The translations under genes were made by a program, and so were the position numbers. Below, piece after piece: positions 32,880-43,156 of a stretch of 64,000 nucleotides of DNA. The stretch covers positions 62,001-126,000 of the forward strand of contig PDIP01000048.1 in NCBI GenBank assembly GCA_002811645.1, given 5' to 3'. This DNA is from Corallochytrium limacisporum Hawaii. Its lineage: Eukaryota; Protista; Pluriformea. A model generated the notes under the pieces. The model was not told where the DNA came from. It searched no databases and worked only from the letters and a program-made list of their open reading frames with translations. Position 1 is the first letter of the stretch, and each line of letters opens with the position of its first letter.

Positions 32880-34115
32880 ATGACTGTGACACCAGCAACC
32901 GGGCTGGTCAGCCCGCCGGCCATTGTCCCTGAACCCAAGACAGGCGCTAGTCTCCAAGCCGGGCAACGGGAAGAAATCTTGGATGACCATCAAATTATTC
33001 TGGATGAACCCGTGCCGAAGTCAGACCTCTTCGATGACGATGACATTATCGGATACGGGACACATGTACAGAAGGCGATCCGTCGCGGCCGTCTGCAAAA
33101 GATTGAGAAAATGCTAGGTGCCAGACTCGGCGATACACAGCTGAAAGCACAGTCCCTGGTAACCGACTCTCCTGCCGAAATTTCACCGCTGATCACACCC
33201 ACCAATGCAGTGGCAGATCCCTACTACAGACCCAGAAGCCTTGGTAATGAAGACAGTACGGATGAATTGGAAGCAGGGAAGGATAAGGTCGTGCGGCAAC
33301 GTCGCATGCGTAAGATCAATGACTTTTTCGGTGAAGATGTTGGGGAGAAGCTGTTATATGAGCAGAAGATTATCACAGAGCTGGAGCGCGAACAATCAGG
33401 CCGATACATGTCGGACAAGGATATTCGGTCCCTGGAAAGCGACCTTGTTCAGGTCAGAAGCTCTCTACGGGCTCATAATGGACATCCTTGCACAGGTCGT
33501 CTTATTCTCACTATTCACTCCGTCCGCGATCTGCGTTGCGAAGGACCGAGCTTTGTTAGCGTTCGCATCGATGGCCAGCGGGTTGCACGAAGCAAAGGTT
33601 ATCGCTCCCTATCCACCACTACTGAGGCTCTGGACGCATCATTCACATTCTATTGCCACGAAGCGACCGTTGTTGACCTCGTGGTCCAGAGGGAAAGCAT
33701 TGGTGGTTTAACTTCAGTGGAGGGCACGTGTCGCATGAGCATTGATCGCATTCTCGAGGAGGGTGTTCCCGAAGGTGGCGCATGGCTTGAGGTCATTCCC
33801 GATGGCCGTATGTTGGTAGAAGCATCCTTCGTGGAGACAATTAATATGGCCGACCGTACACTGCTGCTCAAGAGCAACACAAATCCAAATGACAATATGA
33901 ATTTTCTGCAAAAGATCTTCAACAAGGACAAGGGGTCCTCATTGCGACCTTTGGCAAACGTGGAACCTCAGACCTTGGAAGAACTGTTTGCAGAGGAAGA
34001 GCGTGAAATCGTGCGGCTAGCTGCTGAGCATGAAGCAGCTCTCAAGTTGCTGCGTCAGTCCTACCGCGCAAAAATTGCCAATCTATGCCAACAAGGTGCT
34101 CGTAGCCCAAAGTAA
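32880..34115 (+). CDS. C2-domain protein (PKN/novel-PKC-like C2, no kinase domain) with a C-terminal coiled coil
   Basis: TGRLILTIHSVRDL, FVSVRIDGQRVARSK, WLEVIPDGRMLVEASF C2 pattern; 411-aa ORF convergent with alpha-SNAP. Confidence 0.78.
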   Translation: MTVTPATGLVSPPAIVPEPKTGASLQAGQREEILDDHQIILDEPVPKSDLFDDDDIIGYGTHVQKAIRRGRLQKIEKMLGARLGDTQLKAQSLVTDSPAEISPLITPTNAVADPYYRPRSLGNEDSTDELEAGKDKVVRQRRMRKINDFFGEDVGEKLLYEQKIITELEREQSGRYMSDKDIRSLESDLVQVRSSLRAHNGHPCTGRLILTIHSVRDLRCEGPSFVSVRIDGQRVARSKGYRSLSTTTEALDASFTFYCHEATVVDLVVQRESIGGLTSVEGTCRMSIDRILEEGVPEGGAWLEVIPDGRMLVEASFVETINMADRTLLLKSNTNPNDNMNFLQKIFNKDKGSSLRPLANVEPQTLEELFAEEEREIVRLAAEHEAALKLLRQSYRAKIANLCQQGARSPK

Positions 34116-34235
34116 TATAATTCACTTGGTAAAATGTATCAAGATGTGATGAATATATCAGAAAAAGTTCCGCTTTGTTTCGTCGATGTGATACACATGT
34201 GATACGGTACTGGGACCTATACAATGCATCCCAAT

Positions 34236-35108
34236 TTACGTGAGGCTCTCTTCTCCGACACTGTTCTTGATGCGGAGCAGCATGGATGTCATCCACGCCT
34301 CCAGACGGCTGACACTGTCATACTCGGCAACGACCTGTGTGTACTTTTCGATATCCTCTTCCTCAACTGCATCAATCAGATCCTTTAGGAAGCGATATTC
34401 CCGACTATCTTCAAAGGCTGCAAACATATCGCAGTAGTTCTGCACGGCCTTTTTTGCTCCTTCGAGATCACCATTGGCGAGATGGCAGATACCAGCCTTC
34501 AGGAAGTAGTCCTTCGCACTCCACTTCAGCAAGTTGTTTTCGCAGCTGACCGCGGCAATACCCTCGTAGATTTCAATGGCCTCCTGGTACCGCTCAAGCT
34601 GAGCAGCGTATTGAGCCACCTTAAGCCGGCACTTGTTGGCTTGGCTTGTACTGTCCTCGCCTTGGAACCAGTCGCCGGCCTGCCTATAGGAGCTCATAGC
34701 CTTCTCCAGATCGGTCAGCTCACCCTCGTAAATCTCGGCAACGGAAACTTCGTGCTTAGCTGCCATGGTAAAGCGGCCATTCTCCAGCAGGCCGTTAATG
34801 GCAGCCCGATAACAGCGCACAGCATTCTCGGGGTTGCCCTTCTTGTATGCACTGGCAGCATTCACCATGATCTGAATGGCTTCAAAGTCGGCTCCAGCCA
34901 TCTTCATCTGCTGCGATTGCTTTTCGTAGGCTTCTCCAGCGCGGTCCCACTCCTTGGCTAGCTTGTAGAGGTTTCCGGCACGACCGTAAATTTCAGCACA
35001 ATCCTCATGCTTGCTACCACCCCCGAGGAAATTGAAGAGACCGCCTCCCTTCTGTGCCTTCTTGTCTGCCTGAGCCATCAGCTCATTGGCTTTTGCTGCG
35101 TCTGCCAT
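34236..35108 (-). CDS. NAPA: Alpha-soluble NSF attachment protein (alpha-SNAP/Sec17)
   Basis: GRFTMAAKH...AEIYE, ANKC.LKVA.YAAQLE.Y..AI.IYE, LLKWSAKDYF, FEDSREY, YDSVSRL..W.TSMLLRIK. Confidence 0.97.
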   Translation of the reverse strand: MADAAKANELMAQADKKAQKGGGLFNFLGGGSKHEDCAEIYGRAGNLYKLAKEWDRAGEAYEKQSQQMKMAGADFEAIQIMVNAASAYKKGNPENAVRCYRAAINGLLENGRFTMAAKHEVSVAEIYEGELTDLEKAMSSYRQAGDWFQGEDSTSQANKCRLKVAQYAAQLERYQEAIEIYEGIAAVSCENNLLKWSAKDYFLKAGICHLANGDLEGAKKAVQNYCDMFAAFEDSREYRFLKDLIDAVEEEDIEKYTQVVAEYDSVSRLEAWMTSMLLRIKNSVGEESLT

Positions 35109-35666
35109 GGTTAATCAAGTTTGATTGTCAACATGAACTGAAGCTTAGACTGATGATCAATTTATTCACGTACAATATCTACATGTTAGCTGTCTTATAG
35201 CCCTTCAATCCACTGATCAACGCAGACATGACGAAACATGAGCACGTAAATGATGAGTTTGTGACACTTTCCTTGCACCCCCTCACCCCCCGCTCTCCCA
35301 AATGTGAAATCACAACACAAAGCAATGCTTCCCCCCAACGATTGGATACTACGGGCCAAGGGCCCGCACACTCGAGTACGACTCTCTGACCAGGAGGGGA
35401 GGGGATCAGCGCTTCCTGGAGCCGGGTTCGTTCAGTGCGGCAGCAGCGACACTCAAAAGCAACGAAGGGGAAAATGGAAGGCCGACCGCCGGTTCCTTTG
35501 GTTCTCTGGATATGGAACCAAAAATGGAAGAAAGGGGGAGAGAGGCCTTCGTGATGGAGTGAAAAAATGGACTCCTCCCGGGAAACCTCTTCACTGTGGG
35601 GCTGGTGCCCTGATCGGATTACTCAAATGTTTGATAGGGTCTTTACTATACTGCTATTGATCGCAC

Positions 35667-37523
35667 TTAGTCACTGGGCGGCACCTTTCGTTCGAACTGG
35701 AGCACAGTCTCGAAGTGGTTAGTATGTGGGAACATATCGACAAGGACAATCTTTTTGATCTCGAAGGGCCTACCCTTGAAGCGTTGGCTTGGTGGGCGGC
35801 AGAGATCAACAAAATTCCGGGCGGCTTGCTTAACATCGCAGGAGACAAATACTAGGCGCTCGATAGAATCAGTGGTGCGCAGATAGCGCACCAAACTGAC
35901 GTGTAAACCGGCTCGGGGTGGATCTACTACCGCCACAACTTTGTCTGTCTTGTGCTCTTGAGTGACTGGGAATACGGTCTCCTCCGCTTTGCCAACATGA
36001 TACTCCACATTGGTGATGCCATTCATATCTGCATTCTTCTTTGCATCGTCAATGGCATCCTTGACAATCTCAAAGCCGTGAACAAGTTTGAAGGACTTTG
36101 CCATGGCAAGACCTATGGTGCCAGTTCCACAGCAGACATCGAAGAGGACGCTAGTAGACACATCAATACCCTCAGTAGCGAACTCACGAATCTTGTCGTA
36201 CAGCACATTGGACGCAGGTCGGTTCACCTGGAAAAATGCAGTGGGACTCACCCGGAATTTTAGCCCTTGCAACTTATCCACAAAGTAGTCAGAACCTGCC
36301 AGCACCTTGCACGCTAGATCCGAACGAAAGCCAACATTCACCTGCGCGCCTTCCTGCACCATCACACTCAATTCCGGTACGTCCTTAACAGCCTCACCTG
36401 CTGTACCATCATTACCATCCTTAGCGCGTGCAAGAGCCAAGGCTTTTATCTCCGATTCCCATGCCTTTGACATACCGGACAGAAACTCTTCGCAGCCCTG
36501 CTGGACCGCTTCTGCACCTGCAAACTCTGGGTGCACTTGAGCCACGACCATGCAGTCACCGTCATATGCTTCTCTAACCAGCATGGTTCTCCAGAAACCT
36601 TTCTTCTCCAATCTGTCGAACGGAGGCAGCTTTGAGCTGCGAATGATGTTCTGGTAGGTCTTCGCGAACGCCTTGCTTGTGTCGGACATGTGCGGACACT
36701 CCGATGCTGGTCCGACACTGACCGATCCCTCCCGATACAACCCATACTGAAAGCCGACGGTGGGCAATCCATCCGGTCCAGGTCCCAGATTGAAGTCCGA
36801 TTTGTTGCGATATCCATTAATCTGTGGACTGGGGATGATGTGTTCCAATAGATTCACAGTGTTCTCCTTGGTCAAATTGCGAAGCCAGTGCAATTGATCT
36901 TCACCTTCGGCCGGGGCCTCACGGTACTTTGTGTCAGCGTTCCGCAGACTCGCTTTCAGCTCATCGTGGAGATTCTTCAGCACTGTTTGAGCTGCCTTAG
37001 TCTTGTGCACAAGCTGATCTTCGTAGCTTAGTCGCCACAAAGGTGCGGTCTTGTCATTGATCTTTTCGGCGGGTGTCCGGTCATCAGCCTCATCAGCTTT
37101 CTGATGTTCCTCCAAGGCTTTGCGTTTTTTCGCAATTGCTCTTTCATTGTTGCGGGGCGCCGCCTCCACCACAGACAGTTGGTTCCCGGAGATGATAACT
37201 TCCTCCAGAATCTTCTTCGCCGCTGCCCTCTTCTCCTCGTTCTCGAACGAAAGGTAGGTGAAGCGGTCCCTGGCATTCATCATGGGCATGACCTTTGTGA
37301 ACTCTACGCCAAGGTTCCGAAGGCGATTCTTCAACTTGCTCATAGGTTCTCTCGGCAAATTCCGAACACCCAGCCTTGGCCGAGGCTGAGCTGCGCTCGA
37401 ACGATGGTCGGTTTGCGCAGTCTCACTGCCGTTGGTAGTATTTGTGCCCAGGCCCTCAGTCCCTGTTGCCACATTTTCAGGAGCTCCCGTTACCGATTGA
37501 TCGGCTTGCTGTGTGGTTGCCAT
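35667..37523 (-). CDS. TRMT2A: tRNA (uracil-5-)-methyltransferase, TRMT2A/Trm2-like (RRM-like domain plus methyltransferase)
   Basis: PLWRLSYEDQL, GYRNK, SPTAFFQVN, DVCCGTGTIG, VDPPRAGL, FVSC, DMFPHTNHFE. First in-frame ATG is at 37523; the track start at 37667 is GTG. Confidence 0.93.
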   Translation of the reverse strand: MATTQQADQSVTGAPENVATGTEGLGTNTTNGSETAQTDHRSSAAQPRPRLGVRNLPREPMSKLKNRLRNLGVEFTKVMPMMNARDRFTYLSFENEEKRAAAKKILEEVIISGNQLSVVEAAPRNNERAIAKKRKALEEHQKADEADDRTPAEKINDKTAPLWRLSYEDQLVHKTKAAQTVLKNLHDELKASLRNADTKYREAPAEGEDQLHWLRNLTKENTVNLLEHIIPSPQINGYRNKSDFNLGPGPDGLPTVGFQYGLYREGSVSVGPASECPHMSDTSKAFAKTYQNIIRSSKLPPFDRLEKKGFWRTMLVREAYDGDCMVVAQVHPEFAGAEAVQQGCEEFLSGMSKAWESEIKALALARAKDGNDGTAGEAVKDVPELSVMVQEGAQVNVGFRSDLACKVLAGSDYFVDKLQGLKFRVSPTAFFQVNRPASNVLYDKIREFATEGIDVSTSVLFDVCCGTGTIGLAMAKSFKLVHGFEIVKDAIDDAKKNADMNGITNVEYHVGKAEETVFPVTQEHKTDKVVAVVDPPRAGLHVSLVRYLRTTDSIERLVFVSCDVKQAARNFVDLCRPPSQRFKGRPFEIKKIVLVDMFPHTNHFETVLQFERKVPPSD

Positions 37524-38929
37524 CGCGAATCGACCAAGCCAGGTGGTTTGCTGACTGAACAAACTACACCGGAAGATTCGGCCAACCTCCAGAGATCTGA
37601 CTAGGCGTGCTATGGTTGCATACCCTCGATCGACCCCCGTTAAATTGAATGTCACACCTGTTGCCACACTGATTGCAACCGATTATCAAGTCTGCAGTCA
37701 GACTCAAAAAGTGGTACTCCAAAGTAGCTGTAAACCACTCTACCAAAACCAAGCCTGCTCTCGATCGTTTCGAAATTCTCAATGCCTGACAGCCACCACA
37801 CATGAGGGACCAATTTCAGGTACGTCAATAGGAGGTATATCAAATGTGCTACCTTTCGCTTCCAACAGCCCGCCTCCCCCCTACCCAAGGGGAGTCCACG
37901 GCGACTGACCATCAGGCATTCCATCAAAGGGACATCTGTGGGTCGCAAAGTCTATGCAGAGTTGATCAAGCGCATTCGTATAAAATGTATCGAGTTTCTT
38001 ACTATCACGACTTTCACCTATATAAATGAAAAGCAGCCTCGTGACTTGACGAAAGAGGCTCGGTTGCTGCTGTGATTCGATTGCTGCGCTCTGCAGCGGC
38101 TAGTGCGGCTCGTGCTCACAACTTTATCAGCAGATATTCAAGCCTCGTTCGAAATGACTTTATTTCGGAGCATGAGGACGAGGACATGTTCACAAGCTTC
38201 GTAAAGTCTACGGTTCATGAGTGTGTATACCCTTGAATGCTTTGCAAACAGTGCTGTTGCGACAGGGATATGGGAACCTGCTTGAAGCTTACGTTTAGCA
38301 ACGCATGCCCACACCATGTGATACCATGCCCCTTAGCACTGAAAGCCCCTTTGGATATCAGTGTGCGCACGGAAGCAATGATAAGGGGCTTGAGAATGGC
38401 CGGTAAGGGTATTCCTCCTAGGTTCAAATCTCACGGGACCAGTTGTGCACCAGCGCCGGCTTTTGTGCGGAATGCCTTGGAAACAGGACCCCCTTGCCCT
38501 TGCTGCCGCCATTCCATGGGCAAAGTTTTCACCGCTATTCCTTCTGCCTGCTCGATGCCATCGGTGGTGATTGGGGGGGGGGGGGAGAATTGGCCATAAA
38601 GAATTCATACACAATGTATTTGGACCTGCGAGAGGGGGGACTGATCGGTGCCAGAGCGTAGAACCCATGCTGGTCGGAGGAGGGCGGAGAGGAAGGGGCC
38701 GGGGGGACTTGTGTTGAAATGGTTGGGTCGCAACCGTTTGATCAACAATATTGTGAATCCTCTCACACCGCTGGGCGTCGCTGCTCTTTGAGGTTTCCCG
38801 TCATCTTACGCACATGCACGGGAGCTTCTTCCCGCGCCGCCGCCACAGGGGGAAAGAATGGTATGCGATCCAGGAGCCAGGACAAATCTCCTTATCAGCG
38901 GTGGCGAGACCGTGGAGCAAGATTGACAG

Positions 38930-40082
38930 ATGGAAGAGTTGCTTTATCGTATTTGTCCACCATAGCCATCGACACAGATACATTGAGGGAAGTTGTGTGT
39001 GGCATTAGTAGGACTCATGATGCACTAAAGTCTCAACAGGATTCTGTCACACAAAGCACTCATTGGGCCGGAGATGGAGCCTTCATTGAGAGAGTTATGG
39101 AACCAATCTGCACTGGCCCGCTTGACTGTTTATTTGCTGCTTATCACCGCTATTTTCATTTTCTTCAAGTTTTCTTTAAGCAGTTCGCCTTCAACTGTAA
39201 CCTAGCATTGGTACCAATCGCTTGCCGCCAGCGGCATCTTCGTCTCTATAAGTGCGCAGAGTGCGCATTCTATGCACCTATACCGTCAGCACCAGTCCCT
39301 GTAAGGAAGGTAGTGTGGAGAAATCTCCAAAGCAATTTGTAGGACCTTTTTCTTCGGTCGATCACAGCATGTTCACTGCAGCGAAACTACCGAAATCTTC
39401 AAAGATTTTTGTCACTCTGCTTTAGTTAACGATTCAGAGGATGTGCATCAAGATAGTGGACGACTGAATCCATGCAGATTGGACATCATCAAAGTTATGC
39501 AAACACAGTAACTGTTCCACAATCTAGGCTGCAAGAAGCACTTATAAGGATAGTGCGCTCTTTGTGCGTAATAGGGGATCACAAAACCAAGTGCTTAACC
39601 CATCCCACTAAACACAGATCTACCGGCGGAGAAACTTGTTCGGGATTGGCCCATGCTTCTTTCTCGCTTCCTTTCCCTTGCCCCTTTCAGTCGTCGAAAT
39701 CCTTCCTGGGTCAATTTCTTCGTCGCCAAAGGACTTCTTTGAGCTTCCCTTGCACAGAAATTTTGAAACCGACGATGCCCACCCTCGGGGACCCTCGGCT
39801 TCGAATGGTCGTCCAATCAAAAAAGGCCAGCAGTAGCGACAGAGCCACTCAAACCTTTGCGCCATAGAGCAGAAATTGCTGCTATCAACCTCAGAATATC
39901 TCATGACGAAGAGTGGTGAACTCTTAACTGTGTACCATCACATCACATTGGAAAGCATCCAGAAATTCCGCCATGTGCAAGGCACAGGCGAAGTCACTTT
40001 TCTTCACAACAGCGGGAAGAAAACCATGCCGTGCTTTGGTTGGATACTCCCCAATGCATGGGTCTGCGCTGTCTTGAATTAG
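38930..40082 (+). pseudogene. Decayed Dbl-family RhoGEF (DH-PH) remnant
   Basis: One frame runs 38719-39867 with only three internal stops (39340, 39427, 39454) and DH-like segments. A second frame carries a PH-like segment (GRPIKKG*...QKLLLS...ITLESI...NAWVCAVL). Confidence 0.5.
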
Positions 40083-41078
40083 TCGACCACGAAGGAAAAG
40101 AAGGAAATGAGACACATGAAGATGATGGTGCCCGGGAGCGAAAGTAACTTGAAGAAAACTTCGGTATGCTTGCGTGCTGCGTCGTGTAGCATAATCGGCG
40201 GAAACAAATCTGCGCCTGGGCAGTCAAGCTCCCTGCGATGTAGCTCGTAGGCAGAATGGAGCTGGGGCAGCAATTTGCTGTCTGCTGTGACGATATGCAA
40301 CAGTACTCGGCTGGATTTACCCTGATCTCATAGTGACAACAACGGTAGCAGTGCATTAATGGATGCTTGATCGATGGAATTGATCTTCAAGGGTGCGGCA
40401 GCTGCGAGACAGCAAGACCACAGCTGATAGAATTTTCTTGATGTGTTTTACAGAGAACCCGCGCGCGGCATAGCTCCTAAGAACAGTACCTTAGATAGAG
40501 TGTTTTTCTTTAACCCCGAGAAGAGAAATCAAGGTTTGAAACGGTAATGAGCATGGTCCGCACCAAAGGAAACAATGTCGGATAGGCACTGGGTCCGTGG
40601 AGTGGGCACGGCGAGTGCGCGGAAGGGCGGGTTTCCGGGGAGGAGGGGCCCGGGTGAGGGAGGTGAGAGCGGGGAAGAGCAAGATGGAGTGGGGAGGCAG
40701 GGAGGGACGGGGGGAAAGCTGGTTGGAAACAGGACACTGAACCGTCGTCAGCGTTGGTGCTTCAACGGCCCGAAAGTGGCGCATGGTACTCTTATGGTTA
40801 CCCTACTTGTCCCATTTTGGCCACCTAACACCAGCAGTACTTTCGGTGTGACTATAAGATATGTCCCATGAAGGTATACACATTGGTGACGACAAGTATG
40901 ATCAGTATTGATATGCGACCATTGATAATGAGCCTTAGCGCAGACTGCGCATTGACAATGGAATAAGTCCTTGGACAAAGTAGGTGACAAAGACGTCTGA
41001 ATAAAAACTTGATCGCTCGGGCAACGATAACACAGGTGTCATTGGCATTCAGAATTGCGTGATTGTACAGCAGTAAGC

Positions 41079-43049
41079 ATGCGTCAAAGCATCGAAGAGA
41101 CAGTACGCACTGTCCAGGCCCTACCCTTGAACAAAGTTTTCAAGAGTGAGGTCACTCCCCAGACTCCTGGGCGTGTCAATGAGACATGTATCGGTGCATA
41201 CAAACTGGGCAATGAGCTGGGAAGTGGTTCCTTTGCGCGGGTGCGCCTGGCCATACACGAACCAACTGGACAAAAAGTTGCATTGAAGATCATCAACAAG
41301 CCCGCCATGCGCAGCGAGTATGCCATCAAGAATCTGCATCGCGAACATGATTTACTGCGTAGCATTCAACATCCAAATATCATCGAAGTCTACCAGGTTA
41401 TGGAGACAGACAAAGAATATGTCTTGGCCCTCGAGTACGCTGAGGGAGCCGAACTGCTGAACTATATAATTGCCCACGGTCGGCTAAGCGAGCGCCGTAC
41501 TCGCCACTTTATGCGCCAGATCATTCTGGCCCTCGAATATCTACACGCCCACAATGTAGCTCACCGTGATCTGAAGGCTGAAAATTTTCTTCTGGATAAG
41601 GATGGCAACATTAAAATTAGCGACTTTGGTCTCAGCAACCGCTTCCGCTCGGACCAGGCTCTACAGACCTGCTGCGGCTCCCCTGAGTACGCAGCCCCTG
41701 AGCTGCTGAAGGGTAATCCTTACAACGGTCCTGAGGCTGATGTATGGTCCCTGGGTGTGAACTATTATGTCATGCTCACTGGTCGCCTGCCATTTGGCAA
41801 GGGTAAGGGCGCCTCTGTGTTCCATCGCCTTCACTGGGAGCGTGCCTACCGTGTGCCAGACTTTCTCACGGACGATGCCATTGATTTGATTCACCGAATG
41901 CTGACTCCTGATAGCAGATCCCGTGTTACATTGCAGGAAGTTAAACACCACCCTTGGATTCTGGGAGATACAAGGAGTGTGCCGCATGTCAGCTGTCAGG
42001 ATAGGCGTACGGTCCTGCTGGAGCGGGCAGCACGTCTTATGGTTGATGCGGGGTGGACCGATGCGGAGATCAGGGAGGCTCTTGAGGACCCAAAACTGGA
42101 CGACACCTATGCTATGATCTGCCTCCTCGGCATCAGCAACGTGGATTCCATCGCAAGCAAAGAAGAAATTATGTGTCTGATTGGCAACCGCCCTATACCC
42201 AGCTCTCTAAGTGAGCTAAAGCGCCGCGGTACATTCCGTCAGAGCGAGACTAGAGAGAACAACATGGCCATGGACATGCGTAGCGAGCTTTCTCAGTCCT
42301 TGAAACGTGAGCGAGCCAATACTGTCGGCTCCGTCGACCACGACTCTGGTGTTTATCACACTCCTCCAGCAAGCACTACACCGCGTACTGGCCGTACTGC
42401 CGGCACGACTCGCGTGGGGTCCAACCTGAGCGGGTTGGATCGCAAGGCTTCCACCGTCTCCACCAATGCATCCAAGAAATTGGCTGGCGTGCGCAGCCCG
42501 ATGACCCCCCGAGCGGCCCATCTGTCGGCTACCACGGAAGGCAGCTCACCATCGGGATCACCCAGCAGCACTCCCCGAAGCGGTGGCGGCGTGCTGAAGA
42601 AGACCGGACTAACCAACCTGCGCTCACGTCTACAGAAGCGCCGTACCATGCACGCCACCACAGTACCAGAGTACGTCCGCCAGGCAATGGCGGGCGTCGA
42701 GCAGGAGAGCACCCACGGTTCTACGCATGGAAGCCAGGCTCTGGCGGAACCCAAGAATGTTACAAACGAGCGCTTTGCTATTTCCGAGGACATGACGTCC
42801 TCCAAGCCGGTGCCAGAGATCATTGACATAGTGAAAGCTGTGTCGACTAGTATTGGGTTTACTTGCCGCAACGTGTCTGAGAGTCATCGGGTGCTCTGCT
42901 CGAAGGGACGGGATCAATTCTTCGTCGAAGTTCGTCAGATTGGTGGCCTCAAGTTGCACGGTATCAAGTTTAGTCGTTATCACTGCGATATCTGGGACTA
43001 CAAGGAGTACTGCGAGAAGCTTGTTAAGGCTCTCAAGCACAAGCTGTAA
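41079..43049 (+). CDS. AMPK-related (CAMKL) kinase with a HUNK-like catalytic domain, UBA-like region and C-terminal KA1 domain
   Basis: GSGSFARV, HRDLKAEN, DFGLSN, TCCGSPEYAAPE, DVWSLGVN; KA1-like FFVEVRQI..LKLHGIKFSRYHCDIWDYKEYC. First ATG is 41079; the track start is TTG. Confidence 0.92.
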   Translation: MRQSIEETVRTVQALPLNKVFKSEVTPQTPGRVNETCIGAYKLGNELGSGSFARVRLAIHEPTGQKVALKIINKPAMRSEYAIKNLHREHDLLRSIQHPNIIEVYQVMETDKEYVLALEYAEGAELLNYIIAHGRLSERRTRHFMRQIILALEYLHAHNVAHRDLKAENFLLDKDGNIKISDFGLSNRFRSDQALQTCCGSPEYAAPELLKGNPYNGPEADVWSLGVNYYVMLTGRLPFGKGKGASVFHRLHWERAYRVPDFLTDDAIDLIHRMLTPDSRSRVTLQEVKHHPWILGDTRSVPHVSCQDRRTVLLERAARLMVDAGWTDAEIREALEDPKLDDTYAMICLLGISNVDSIASKEEIMCLIGNRPIPSSLSELKRRGTFRQSETRENNMAMDMRSELSQSLKRERANTVGSVDHDSGVYHTPPASTTPRTGRTAGTTRVGSNLSGLDRKASTVSTNASKKLAGVRSPMTPRAAHLSATTEGSSPSGSPSSTPRSGGGVLKKTGLTNLRSRLQKRRTMHATTVPEYVRQAMAGVEQESTHGSTHGSQALAEPKNVTNERFAISEDMTSSKPVPEIIDIVKAVSTSIGFTCRNVSESHRVLCSKGRDQFFVEVRQIGGLKLHGIKFSRYHCDIWDYKEYCEKLVKALKHKL

Positions 43050-43156
43050 ACCTCTGGCAGCCCTGTATATAAAAATGTTCCTCATTTGTTCGAGTCACTC
43101 GTTCTTAATCTATTAGTGTCTACGGGACAAGGCTGTGTATGTTATCCTTCCACAAT

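Noticed and set aside
38415-38445. GGTTCAAATC T-loop-like motif suggesting a tRNA
   Set aside because: The flanks do not form a T-stem, and no cloverleaf can be built.
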